IMG/VR virus record: IMGVR_UViG_3300006921_004083
Location: 59,783 to 123,782 of that record
Source of the DNA: a virus
Length of the DNA stretch: 64,000 nucleotides
Direction: 5' to 3' (one strand)
Part shown: positions 30,401-39,248 of the stretch, piece after piece
How the letters are laid out: every line of letters starts with the position of its first letter
Position numbering within the stretch: the stretch's first letter is position 1
The notes under the pieces: generated by a model
Told to the model about the DNA's origin: nothing
Seen by the model: the letters and a program-made list of their open reading frames with translations, nothing else
Database searches by the model: none
Made by a program: the position numbers and the translations under genes

Positions 30401-31541
30401 ATTTATTAATGTTAAAAACAGAAAGACCATTGGTGGAGGAGGATTCGGATTCCAACCTAATTGGCCGGCATACCCTTTATTAAGAAATATTTTCGAGTCT
30501 TATGTGTCTGGAGGGACCTCTAGTACCGATAACGCTGGGGTAATTGTTCCACTTAATATCGGAAGTAACCAACTAAATTATCAAAAAATGTTAGGGTTTG
30601 TAAAAAAGATACAACCTTATTGGTCTAGACTTTTAGAACAATTTATACCCGCAACTACGATTATAGGGATGGGAACCAAATACTCTAATACTGTTTTTGA
30701 TAGACAAAAATTTGTTTATAGACATGGACAAAGATCAGTAATTGATATAGATTCTGAAGACCAATCAGAATTAAAAAGCCAATGGTATAAGAAATATAGA
30801 TTCATTTCTCAAGATATTGGACCTTGCGGAAACTCGACATACGCAGAACCACTTACTTTAAGAAATAATGATGGCTCAAATACTGCGCCAGGTGTTGGGA
30901 GTTTAGTTAGTGTTTTAACTACAGGAAAAGAGTACTATTTTAGAATAGGATTAAAATTTAATTCAGGAAGATTAGGTAGACAACCCAACCAACAAATATC
31001 TTATAATGGTGGGGGTTTAATTGGAGACCCATTAAACCAAGGAGGATGTGCCGGGGTTGGGGCAAATGGAATGTCTATGGGATATGCAGAAAGACAAGGA
31101 AGGGTGTATCTAAAAACCGCATCTTCGGGGAGTCAAGATATTATTATAAACGTAAATGGACCTGGATTTTACGATGTTAAGTTTACACCGATAGCGGGGG
31201 CAAACCAATATTTACAAATTAGTACAGACATCAATGGGTTAATAATTGAAAGTGTAAAGTTATATAATGTAACAGATTCTACTTATGTAGTTGATAATAT
31301 GGTAAGAAATGGTAACTTCACCGAAGGGCTAGAATATGTTAATTATGGTTCCGCGGATCAAAGTAGAATGAGATACTGGTCTGGTGTTAATGGAAGTGGG
31401 GCCCCTCCAGCAAATCACTCGAAGTGGTTAATAGAGGCCTCACCAATATATGATTGGCCAGGAACAGACGGTTCCGAGTCTGTAACTTTAGGTAATGATT
31501 GGTACTGCCAAGGAGTACAACCATGGTGTGGTACAAACTAA
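27477..31541 (+). CDS. baseplate wedge protein (T4 gp7 / P2 gpI-like) with insertions
   Basis: LLRIYGREFDEVKRYID, LIKNFARTLG, LWRRLVLNAGYLFRAKGTRKVIEFFL, LLEQFIPATT; C-terminal CBM-like segment. Confidence 0.65.
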   Translation: MAYKKVIGNYQSNFDFSPDLVGFQITEGSPLMTLTNFYTTPVPSAKSSVFYDTEGFSQPVTLSDLNLTTSQGAELLNNNLNLVLNLDESDLFHYTLFGSLREHIKASVKKIIINWPASLFINKVNISGSTTFTAINYIYNSETNSSTFKIPAGNIRNKFFINLDNIPNTFQQEPGKKSMASSFYDYTVQYPIASAQTITNSPGYYSPNQEFRVIGFTGFSSQETGYIGIKVVGNPFTGATNGAIRQNFHIKPQVNIRERYFNRLKGLDRFLLNRDFYPIYTSEFTVPVKGEDQTFTEIKKKFTWPVSDGYNIDIDTTLYGDFLSSLLELADSYDDYKTDLVARFFTTDSIKEFDTDDKRVEKLLRIYGREFDEVKRYIDGIAFASRVSYDKNDNIPDKLIKNFARTLGFETLDFANQENLLESFFGGTNTNVFSGTSIGMTPVEFDIELWRRLVLNAGYLFRAKGTRKVIEFFLRFIGAPESLIEFNEYVYTVKEKLDINKVETTLTYLDANRGGEDDETAGIDLSYYPIDNDGYPKVLRNTEEYYFQMQGGWYRETNFIGANNPHFGPYDGGQAYFNRFRKFSESSGGTFTIPSVVSGTVPENELVPVLVSNSVTTDNFNFLTGTLGYINSLQGASPGLGSAWATVSDAITQGPAAVYVFEHIGESIPADKQILAKALYDAGYAVLTISNYATSSLYPINNTSVHASGVPWGFEQNPFVDPSNPLTQGWSNTPSFNTMDGFDIVTAGGDANILSYNETPNNDKINTLYLYNVNGGRWVHCQNPNLYNSSQLFTNIMDFLTMRNENNRYYYDFDWSEFYESNVFVGSPGFVLYPQIDNKKSWVNNTGTTINAYREWGLTDSQASSTTTTRDTNYFVGDDERLVLNTKMVDSHLNIAKAMETDMYNYNKMSGFPITIKYDYNPNILENLWPVQSTGRGYNRQNLGTNIYYGSSMSGSGFAVSATTFAQYLDRVKTQFINVKNRKTIGGGGFGFQPNWPAYPLLRNIFESYVSGGTSSTDNAGVIVPLNIGSNQLNYQKMLGFVKKIQPYWSRLLEQFIPATTIIGMGTKYSNTVFDRQKFVYRHGQRSVIDIDSEDQSELKSQWYKKYRFISQDIGPCGNSTYAEPLTLRNNDGSNTAPGVGSLVSVLTTGKEYYFRIGLKFNSGRLGRQPNQQISYNGGGLIGDPLNQGGCAGVGANGMSMGYAERQGRVYLKTASSGSQDIIINVNGPGFYDVKFTPIAGANQYLQISTDINGLIIESVKLYNVTDSTYVVDNMVRNGNFTEGLEYVNYGSADQSRMRYWSGVNGSGAPPANHSKWLIEASPIYDWPGTDGSESVTLGNDWYCQGVQPWCGTN

Positions 31542-31552
31542 TAAATTAAAAT

Positions 31553-31873
31553 ATGTTAAAAAAAGGTAAATTAGATATAAATGTGACACTTACAACCAAC
31601 TCGACTGTAGTTGGTTACGAAAGATCACCAAATGAAGAAGTTTTAATGGAAAAACAAACTGCGGCTTATAAAAGTGGTAGTGGAACACTGGACAATAGAA
31701 TTAATAATGGTACATTAATACTAGGACAAAATATTGAAACTGATGGTGTGGTAGGTAGAAAGGATAAAAAACTATACGGCGGAAAATTAATGGGTATGAA
31801 AAGTGTGAATAACACAAATACTATTAGAAGAATAAAAGGAACAATAAATTCATCACAGAACTCAAATGGATAG
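31553..31873 (+). CDS. hypothetical protein
   Basis: 106-aa ORF with an A-rich leader, overlapping the next start. Confidence 0.55.
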   Translation: MLKKGKLDINVTLTTNSTVVGYERSPNEEVLMEKQTAAYKSGSGTLDNRINNGTLILGQNIETDGVVGRKDKKLYGGKLMGMKSVNNTNTIRRIKGTINSSQNSNG

Positions 31874-34127
31874 ATGTAGATATAAAACATTATTAAGAAA
31901 CTCGGCAAAATTAAAGAGTAATTCTCAGTATACTAATCAAAATACTAGTTACTTACCTTTAGATGTTTATACTTGCTATGACTATTTCCAACCACCATCA
32001 TTTACAATGAGTGGGGCGACTAAAATTAACCCTTATGGTGTATATGACTATAATGGAAGTCCTTACACAACACAAGGAATGTCCCATATTGGCTTAGGAC
32101 CTAGTGGATCAACACAAAACTCCGTATGGAATACGAGTCAATCGGGAGTAACATTAGAATATTACTTTCCTTATGAAAAAATGAGTGGTTATACCGGTAA
32201 GTTTAGGAGTTCGGTTTATAAATTTGATGATGAAAAAAATGGATTTAGTTACCCTCCTATCCACGAAAGATATTTTAAGTCATTTCCTCTTACACCTGAT
32301 TTGACTTGTGAGGCTCAAACTACCGCAACAACTTTTAGTGTGTTTTTTAGTATATCGGCCACTTCTGAAGGGTCAACACTTCCATCAGGTACCCATAAAC
32401 AGTCTTGGTATTGGTTTGGACAAGATACTACTCGTTCAGATGGAGCTGGGGGTCATCTTGAGCCGATATGGCCCGGATTTTATACGGCCTACACCCTAAC
32501 CAACTTTTTCAATAGTGTATATATTTCAACAGGTGGTACAATAGGAGGTGCAGGGACTACAGGAACAACATATGAATATACTAGAGTATATAAACAAGCA
32601 GTTAAAAACGGATGGATAATCCCAACAGGAAATACAAATGTAACCAATGCTGGGGTTACAGGTAACGCCGGATATTGGCAGAATGGGGAGTGTTATATGA
32701 CAGGAATAACCTGGAATATGGCAATCGGTGCAGGAAATAACGGACCAACAGGACAATTAAATTTATCAGGGGCTCCCCAGTTAATTAGTTCTAGTGGTGG
32801 ACCATATAGTGGTTTGTACACTGGTTTTGCTACTGGAAATGCCTATGTATATACCGCATGTTGCTCCAGTAAACTAATAGATAGTATTAGTAGTTCAGAA
32901 CTTAACACATCAAGAGGAGAAGGCCAACCAGAGGCAAGTAATAATTATTTAGTGAAAGGTTCTTTTGTGTATTCAGGGGATGGTGGAACAGAAGCTTGTT
33001 ATTTAACATCGGGAAACACATATGATACTTTAATAGATGACCCTAATAACAAAAATTTTGAAGGAGTTAAAGATAATTTTTATCATTATAATTTATATTA
33101 TCCTGAAAAAGATTTTAGTTTTATCGCAGTTTCTGACCCACCTAGACCAGTGATAAAATATGACCGTAATCTCCTTAATATTGAATCTAGTGAGGTTAGT
33201 GTAACGTCAGGGTCAACAACAGACATAGAATTTGTTGTAGAAAATTTACCAGTAACGAGTGAGGGACAATCGGTGTTTTATTTAAGTGAAGACCCAATTG
33301 GAGATATTACACTAAGTGTTAATGGGGTTGTATTAAAAAATAATTTTGAGTTTATACAAGATAAAAGAGAAGTAGAAATAAAAGTTATAGTAAAAGGAGG
33401 TAGTACAATTGATATTGAAACCAGTGATACTTTAGTTGCTGCGTATGTTAAAGGAAACGGAGTAAAGGGATTAATTACAGAGGGTGATACAGTACCTAGT
33501 ACCGGAGTTGTAACTGGGGCAACAACATTTTCCAGTGCCAACCAACTCTATAATAAGTTTAATTATAATTCAGGTACCACAACATTTGAGTATTATACGA
33601 ATCAACCGTTAAATGAGGCTAAAGAGAATGATTTGTCTAATTTAATTGTCTTAGTTAACGGAGTGAGACAAAAACCTAATAATGATTATTATCGTTCAAG
33701 AAGAAATAATAGATTAGTTATATTTAACCCGAATATTACTTTGGTTGCCGGAGATTCAGTTAATTTATTTTATCTAACAAATTTACAAGGTATTGAGAAT
33801 CAAAGTCTAGGTAGTACCCACAAACAAATAACTTGGGAAGTTGCGCCACAACCACAATCTAACCAAGGGTTTTTTGAAGTACAAGTGACAAATAGTGCAG
33901 ACACTACTTTCGTTGCAGCTTCAACATATAGTACAATAAAATATAAAGAAGGGATAGGTACCTATACAACCAGTATTGGACCGTTCAATACTCTAAATCA
34001 AAAGTATTTATATAGGGTAGTTAATAATCGTAATTATATTGGGATAAGCGGATCTAGTATTACGACCACAGCAACTAGTATAACTAATAAGTTCGATACG
34101 GATAGTCCGTACTTATTAAGTTACTAG
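31866..34127 (+). CDS. putative tail/baseplate fibre-associated protein
   Basis: Two repeats of the V.VNGV.(L/Q)K...(E/D)(F/Y) beta-domain common in phage fibre and wedge proteins; Thr/Gly-rich. Confidence 0.6.
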   Translation: MDRCRYKTLLRNSAKLKSNSQYTNQNTSYLPLDVYTCYDYFQPPSFTMSGATKINPYGVYDYNGSPYTTQGMSHIGLGPSGSTQNSVWNTSQSGVTLEYYFPYEKMSGYTGKFRSSVYKFDDEKNGFSYPPIHERYFKSFPLTPDLTCEAQTTATTFSVFFSISATSEGSTLPSGTHKQSWYWFGQDTTRSDGAGGHLEPIWPGFYTAYTLTNFFNSVYISTGGTIGGAGTTGTTYEYTRVYKQAVKNGWIIPTGNTNVTNAGVTGNAGYWQNGECYMTGITWNMAIGAGNNGPTGQLNLSGAPQLISSSGGPYSGLYTGFATGNAYVYTACCSSKLIDSISSSELNTSRGEGQPEASNNYLVKGSFVYSGDGGTEACYLTSGNTYDTLIDDPNNKNFEGVKDNFYHYNLYYPEKDFSFIAVSDPPRPVIKYDRNLLNIESSEVSVTSGSTTDIEFVVENLPVTSEGQSVFYLSEDPIGDITLSVNGVVLKNNFEFIQDKREVEIKVIVKGGSTIDIETSDTLVAAYVKGNGVKGLITEGDTVPSTGVVTGATTFSSANQLYNKFNYNSGTTTFEYYTNQPLNEAKENDLSNLIVLVNGVRQKPNNDYYRSRRNNRLVIFNPNITLVAGDSVNLFYLTNLQGIENQSLGSTHKQITWEVAPQPQSNQGFFEVQVTNSADTTFVAASTYSTIKYKEGIGTYTTSIGPFNTLNQKYLYRVVNNRNYIGISGSSITTTATSITNKFDTDSPYLLSY

Positions 34128-34142
34128 AAATATTGTAAGTTA

Positions 34143-34150
34143 ATATTTAT
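34143..34150 (+). promoter_or_regulatory. ATATTTAT putative late promoter
   Basis: In the 63-nt gap before the 795-aa gene. Confidence 0.5.
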
Positions 34151-34190
34151 AATAAAATGAAAGATAATATATTAAAGAAAATAAATTAAA

Positions 34191-36578
34191 ATGGGATATA
34201 TACAAAAAGATAATGTTGCATATGTAAGTGCAAAACTAACAGATTACGGTAGAAGACAATTAGCCATAGGACAATTAAATTTTTCTTACTGGGGTTTTGG
34301 TGATTCAGAAATAGACTACGGTAGCTTTGATAATACATATTCTTGGTCTGATGTTGTTGATTTAGGCAACTTGGAAATTTTAAGACCAGCCGATAACCCA
34401 GCAGGTATTAAATACCCACTACTCAGAATCGCCGGTAATAGTGGTAGTACTTACAGTGCCGTAAACAATGTAGCTCTTAATGAAACAGTTATTAATAATC
34501 AAGCATTACTAAGAGGGTTTTTTACTGGGGAAACAAAAGATGCTACAAATTATCCAGAACGTAAGTATGATTATTCACTTAGGACAGCTACTACGTACAC
34601 AAAAGCGGTAGGAAAACTTAACCTAGCTAATATTGTGAGGGCTGGTAGTAATCTTACTCAAAATCCAGTACCTGGAAGTACAGGAATAGACATCAATAAG
34701 GGACAAACTGGAGATATCACAGATGTAAGTGTAAACGGGGTAGAGCCAGAGGCAGGAGATTTTATGTTGTTACTACCGAACGAGTTTTATGGAGCGGCAG
34801 GAGAAGCGGAAGGTGTTATGGATCCAGGACCAGGTCCAGGTTATGTAGACCAAAGAAACCCACAAGCATATTTGTGGTATAGAATACAGGAGGTAACAGG
34901 TACATTAGCCGGTAATAACCTAAAAGTTACAGTAGATAGGTCAATACCTAATTTTACGGGAGGTACTACACATCAATACAGAGACTCTAGTGTATTTTTC
35001 TATGATGGGAGTGACCCAATCAACACATATTATGGAACAGGAACTACTATACCTTATTGGAATGAATTAAGTTTAACTTTTGATAGTAATTGTGATGTTT
35101 CAGTAACAGATGTGAAAGTTTGGAATATGAACATTCCGTGGACACAGACGGTCGCGGGAATAAGTGCAACAACTCATGGAGACTATGCTACCTATGGGTC
35201 AACAGGTTACACTGGTACAAAAGAATATCTTAATTACACAGTGCCAACAGATTCAGAATCATACGGAGGGATAGTTGATGATTACAGACAAAAATCTATA
35301 GCTGTTATACACTATAGTAACAATTCAATTTCTAATTTCTATGGAGAAGGGTTCTACTGGGATGCTGACGGAAGTAACAACTTCCAGTTAACAATGCCGA
35401 CAGTAATGTATCACTATACTGGTAATACAAGTATTGGGTTATTATTAACAGGAGAGACTAGAACAACTCCTCGTAAAATGACATCCGTATATAATTCTAA
35501 TAGTGAGATAGAATACTATCAATTACATACTTCAGGTGGTACTAGTGGGATCGACACACCATCTTATACTGAACCAACAAGTGTTGGTAAAATCTTCCCG
35601 GAATTAAAAATGGCTGTTATTGACGATGAAGAAATTGTTGCTTCACTATCCTATAAATCAAATAGGAATTGGACATTACCACAACTACAAGCTAGTTACT
35701 ACAGTCCTTCAGGTTCAACTTCATTAATGTCATCAGGGGACCAGTTATGGATTTCGTACTTGTTCACAACAACTAGTGGATACACAACTGGATTACACTG
35801 TAACAAATACACGTTCTTATCAGAAAACTCAACCAATTGTACAGATTGTGACGGTAATGGTAAAAACGTAAAAGTTAAGTTCCCTTACGGAAGTTTACCT
35901 TTTATGAGACGAGGAGGAATTAGTTCAACTTTAGGTACACCTGGACCTAACGACGAATATGAGTATATAGGGTGGGACGCTACGTCATTTGATATATTAG
36001 TACAAAAAGTACAAAATAATACACAACCAGACCCAGCTGCTTGGAGAAGAATACCAGTGGCGGTCAATTCAGTAGGAACATCAATCTATAATACACACAA
36101 TGGTAAAAATTGGGTTGACTATGAAATACTATATAACTCAGAATTTATAATAACCAATGAATATTATGACGCAGTAACAGGAAATTATGCACCTGATGGA
36201 GGTAACTATAGTTTATGTGATTGGATAAGTATGCCAACCTTAACAGAGTTAACAACTTCTCCTAATATTCCGGGAGGTAGTGCTAACACAACACTTACAT
36301 TTGGTGACGAAAGATTTTTCTTTGGTAATGTAGATACTAATATTAAAGCAACGGTATTTAGAAGTACCTTCTCATTCACTGCTGGTCCTAGTGAGTTTAA
36401 TACTTCACAAAACCCAACTTTTGGAACTGGTGCGGCAGTACCATCACACAATGTTAGAGTTGCAGAAGTGGCGGTGTATGATTCTAATTATAATGAGGTA
36501 ATAATGGGGAAAATAAGTAATCCGATCGAAAAAACGTTTGGTGATCAATTTACTCTAGTAATGGGATTAGATTTTTAG
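34191..36578 (+). CDS. tail collar/fibre-like protein (gpH N-terminal / DUF3751-like halves at the two ends)
   Basis: N-terminal KLTDYGRRQLA..FSYWGFGDSEIDY; C-terminal VRVAEVAVYD...GKISNPIEK. Confidence 0.55.
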   Translation: MGYIQKDNVAYVSAKLTDYGRRQLAIGQLNFSYWGFGDSEIDYGSFDNTYSWSDVVDLGNLEILRPADNPAGIKYPLLRIAGNSGSTYSAVNNVALNETVINNQALLRGFFTGETKDATNYPERKYDYSLRTATTYTKAVGKLNLANIVRAGSNLTQNPVPGSTGIDINKGQTGDITDVSVNGVEPEAGDFMLLLPNEFYGAAGEAEGVMDPGPGPGYVDQRNPQAYLWYRIQEVTGTLAGNNLKVTVDRSIPNFTGGTTHQYRDSSVFFYDGSDPINTYYGTGTTIPYWNELSLTFDSNCDVSVTDVKVWNMNIPWTQTVAGISATTHGDYATYGSTGYTGTKEYLNYTVPTDSESYGGIVDDYRQKSIAVIHYSNNSISNFYGEGFYWDADGSNNFQLTMPTVMYHYTGNTSIGLLLTGETRTTPRKMTSVYNSNSEIEYYQLHTSGGTSGIDTPSYTEPTSVGKIFPELKMAVIDDEEIVASLSYKSNRNWTLPQLQASYYSPSGSTSLMSSGDQLWISYLFTTTSGYTTGLHCNKYTFLSENSTNCTDCDGNGKNVKVKFPYGSLPFMRRGGISSTLGTPGPNDEYEYIGWDATSFDILVQKVQNNTQPDPAAWRRIPVAVNSVGTSIYNTHNGKNWVDYEILYNSEFIITNEYYDAVTGNYAPDGGNYSLCDWISMPTLTELTTSPNIPGGSANTTLTFGDERFFFGNVDTNIKATVFRSTFSFTAGPSEFNTSQNPTFGTGAAVPSHNVRVAEVAVYDSNYNEVIMGKISNPIEKTFGDQFTLVMGLDF

Positions 36579-36580
36579 TA

Positions 36581-37066
36581 ATGGGATTCGCAACAGGAAA
36601 TACTAATAGTTTTAATGTGTATCTAACACCTATGGCTCGTAAAAGATTATATACGGGTAAAGGAGGGGACATTAGTTTTAAGTATTTTAGTTTACACGAT
36701 AGTGATATAAATTACACTAAATCCGGAACTACAGCTCCATTGAGTGGGACCCCCGCAGGACTTTACACTAAAGTGCCTGACCTAAGAGGAGTAACCCAAA
36801 CCATTGGTATTAATGGGTGTGCAGTTGAAGGGTTAGAAGATTTTATTATTAGAGATAATGATGAATTAAGTCCTTGTCCTCCTGGTCTGAGTAGAAATAT
36901 TAATGGAGATTGTGTAGAGACAAAATTTATTAGACAAAGGTCAAGACAAATAACAAAAAGAAGAATAAATAATAATTTTACAACATCTTCCTCTTCAGTA
37001 AGAGTTGGCGCTGGCACTTCAGGTGGGGCGACTTCCAGCGGTGGAGGAGGTGGTGGAGGTTACTAA
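36581..37066 (+). CDS. short paralogue of the 34191 N-terminal domain with a Gly/Ser tail
   Basis: YLTPMARKRL...FKYFSLHDSDINY; ends SSGGGGGGGY. Confidence 0.6.
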   Translation: MGFATGNTNSFNVYLTPMARKRLYTGKGGDISFKYFSLHDSDINYTKSGTTAPLSGTPAGLYTKVPDLRGVTQTIGINGCAVEGLEDFIIRDNDELSPCPPGLSRNINGDCVETKFIRQRSRQITKRRINNNFTTSSSSVRVGAGTSGGATSSGGGGGGGY

Positions 37067-37091
37067 TAAAAATAAATAAAAAATTAGATAA

Positions 37092-38663
37092 ATGGGATTT
37101 TTACCATCAGGAAGTACAACAAACGCAGTTACTATGAACGTAAAACTTACTAAAAAGGGTAGGGAAAAATTAGTTTATGGTACTGGTACTAATATTAGAT
37201 ATTTTACATTACACGATGAAGGAATTAACTATACTTCTACAGTTAAACCAGTGAGAGGAGAAGTTCCAGCAGTTGCAGGGTCTTCTAACACAAATATTGC
37301 CATTGCAGATGGAAAAGGTTTTAGGGATGTAATACTAAAAGACGTACCGTCAAACATGAATGACCTTATTAGACAAACAGGGGTAAAGAAAGTTAAGGCT
37401 AGACCTTCATCTAAAGGATGGGGTTCAGAATTAGGAATAAGTGCTGATACGGCTGGATATAATAAATTGAATGTAACTGTTAATTTAGATTACGCACTTA
37501 ATTTTATGTATTGGCAAGCACAACAGATTCAAACCCAACAAACACTTGACTATAGTATATTTTATGAAACAAATAATCACCCAGCTTCTTCTATTAGAGA
37601 CGGATTTTTGAATTTCTTAGATAATATGGTTGTAGATACCGATGATGAAAATAGCCAAGTAACTTTAGATACACAAAAAGATGAAATTGATATTTGTTTT
37701 TTAGGGGAGAATGACAGGATTTTAACTACTAGTACTAACAAATATAGTTCTGACTTACAAAAATATATTTTAATGTCCAAAGAGATGTTATACAATAGTG
37801 GAGGGAGTCCGATCAACGTAAGTTATAATGAAAATTCTATTGATAGTCCATTTAAGTTTGCATTCTCTTCAGGGAGAGAACTTAACCAATATACTGAATC
37901 AATTAATAAACTAACAGATAATCCACCACAACAGAAACAAACTGGTAAGTTGTTTGGTGGGGCAGGAACTTGGGGAGTGACTTTAGGTATAACAGATTTT
38001 GTTTATGGAATTAGAAGAAGAGATTGGTTTAATGACACAATAAACGGAACATTTGATTCGGGAATAGTCCAAGGGAATGGAAGTCAATCACCAGTCATAA
38101 GTTATTTTGATATGGTGAGCTTCATGGATGGTAAAAGTGCAATTAATACCGACAATGATTTTATTGAGGTAGATCCAGGAAGTTATGAGGGATTAAACGC
38201 TCCAGTTGCCGTCACAAACAACGCTACGGTAGTACCTCTTTATCCAGGTATTTCTATTGTTACTAATCATAATAGAGCGTTTTACCCAAGAGTTAGAACG
38301 GGGAGTTTTCCGCTAGCTATTCCATTGTTAGAAATGTGTGCATTTGGTACTCAACCAATAGAAGTACAAAATGACATTATAGAATCTTTTTTTAGAAAAA
38401 CAAGTATTTCACCTTATCAGTTTACTAATAAAGATGGTTCGGATAATTATAGAACTACCCTTACTTTAGTGGCTAAACCAAGAAATATTAAAACATCTAG
38501 ATCTAATCCAGTAAAAGATGCGGAGATAACGATAACCTTTAAGTATAATAAATCAGTTGCGGAAGATAGAACGATTGATTGGAGTCTTTCACAGTTTAAT
38601 AGTAACTACAATTATAATAGTTTTGTAGTAAAAGAAAGATTTGATAATTCGATAGCTCACTAA
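37092..38663 (+). CDS. virion protein sharing the same paralogous N-terminal domain
   Basis: KLTKKGREKL...IRYFTLHDEGINY. Confidence 0.6.
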   Translation: MGFLPSGSTTNAVTMNVKLTKKGREKLVYGTGTNIRYFTLHDEGINYTSTVKPVRGEVPAVAGSSNTNIAIADGKGFRDVILKDVPSNMNDLIRQTGVKKVKARPSSKGWGSELGISADTAGYNKLNVTVNLDYALNFMYWQAQQIQTQQTLDYSIFYETNNHPASSIRDGFLNFLDNMVVDTDDENSQVTLDTQKDEIDICFLGENDRILTTSTNKYSSDLQKYILMSKEMLYNSGGSPINVSYNENSIDSPFKFAFSSGRELNQYTESINKLTDNPPQQKQTGKLFGGAGTWGVTLGITDFVYGIRRRDWFNDTINGTFDSGIVQGNGSQSPVISYFDMVSFMDGKSAINTDNDFIEVDPGSYEGLNAPVAVTNNATVVPLYPGISIVTNHNRAFYPRVRTGSFPLAIPLLEMCAFGTQPIEVQNDIIESFFRKTSISPYQFTNKDGSDNYRTTLTLVAKPRNIKTSRSNPVKDAEITITFKYNKSVAEDRTIDWSLSQFNSNYNYNSFVVKERFDNSIAH

Positions 38664-38673
38664 AAATAAAATT

Positions 38674-39237
38674 ATGGCAATACTAAATAAAATACCAACA
38701 TTTAATTCAGGAAATTATAAAAATCTTAATGCTTATTTTGATGAGTCCACTACAAGAGGACAAGTACAATATAAGTTACACTCTAAGGTAGAGGTAACGG
38801 CAGAAGACGGAGTTTATACTACAATTTTAGGGAATCTAACTAGTGATAATCCTTATGCTGATTATACTTCGGCGTATGTTAAAACATTTATTAACCTTCC
38901 ATTTAAGAACAATGTAGAATATGACCCCAGTCTAATAGAGATAAAATCAACTACGGAGGGAACAATAACTAACCAAACTCCACCAAATGAGAGTAACCCC
39001 GTATATATGGCACAACCTACATATGTTGCGGCAATGCCTGGTAGAGACACATTAGTATTAGACCCTAAAACTAAAATGTTAACAAACACTAGGGTGGCAC
39101 AAGGAGGTATAACAAATAATGGAACAAGAAATAACAACCAAAATCAAACTTCAAACTCAGGAACAGTAAGACAAAACACTACCATGGGAAGTAGAAGTAC
39201 CGGAGGTTCATCAATGGGATCTTCAGGAGGATATTAA
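38674..39237 (+). CDS. hypothetical (probable virion) protein with a low-complexity tail
   Basis: 187 aa; Asn/Ser/Gly-rich tail ending GSSGGY. Confidence 0.55.
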   Translation: MAILNKIPTFNSGNYKNLNAYFDESTTRGQVQYKLHSKVEVTAEDGVYTTILGNLTSDNPYADYTSAYVKTFINLPFKNNVEYDPSLIEIKSTTEGTITNQTPPNESNPVYMAQPTYVAAMPGRDTLVLDPKTKMLTNTRVAQGGITNNGTRNNNQNQTSNSGTVRQNTTMGSRSTGGSSMGSSGGY

Positions 39238-39248
39238 AATAAAAAACT

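Noticed and set aside
34128-34148. Inverted repeat AAATATT-N7-AATATTT as a terminator
   Set aside because: All-A/T 7-bp stem without a U-tract; expected by chance at this composition.
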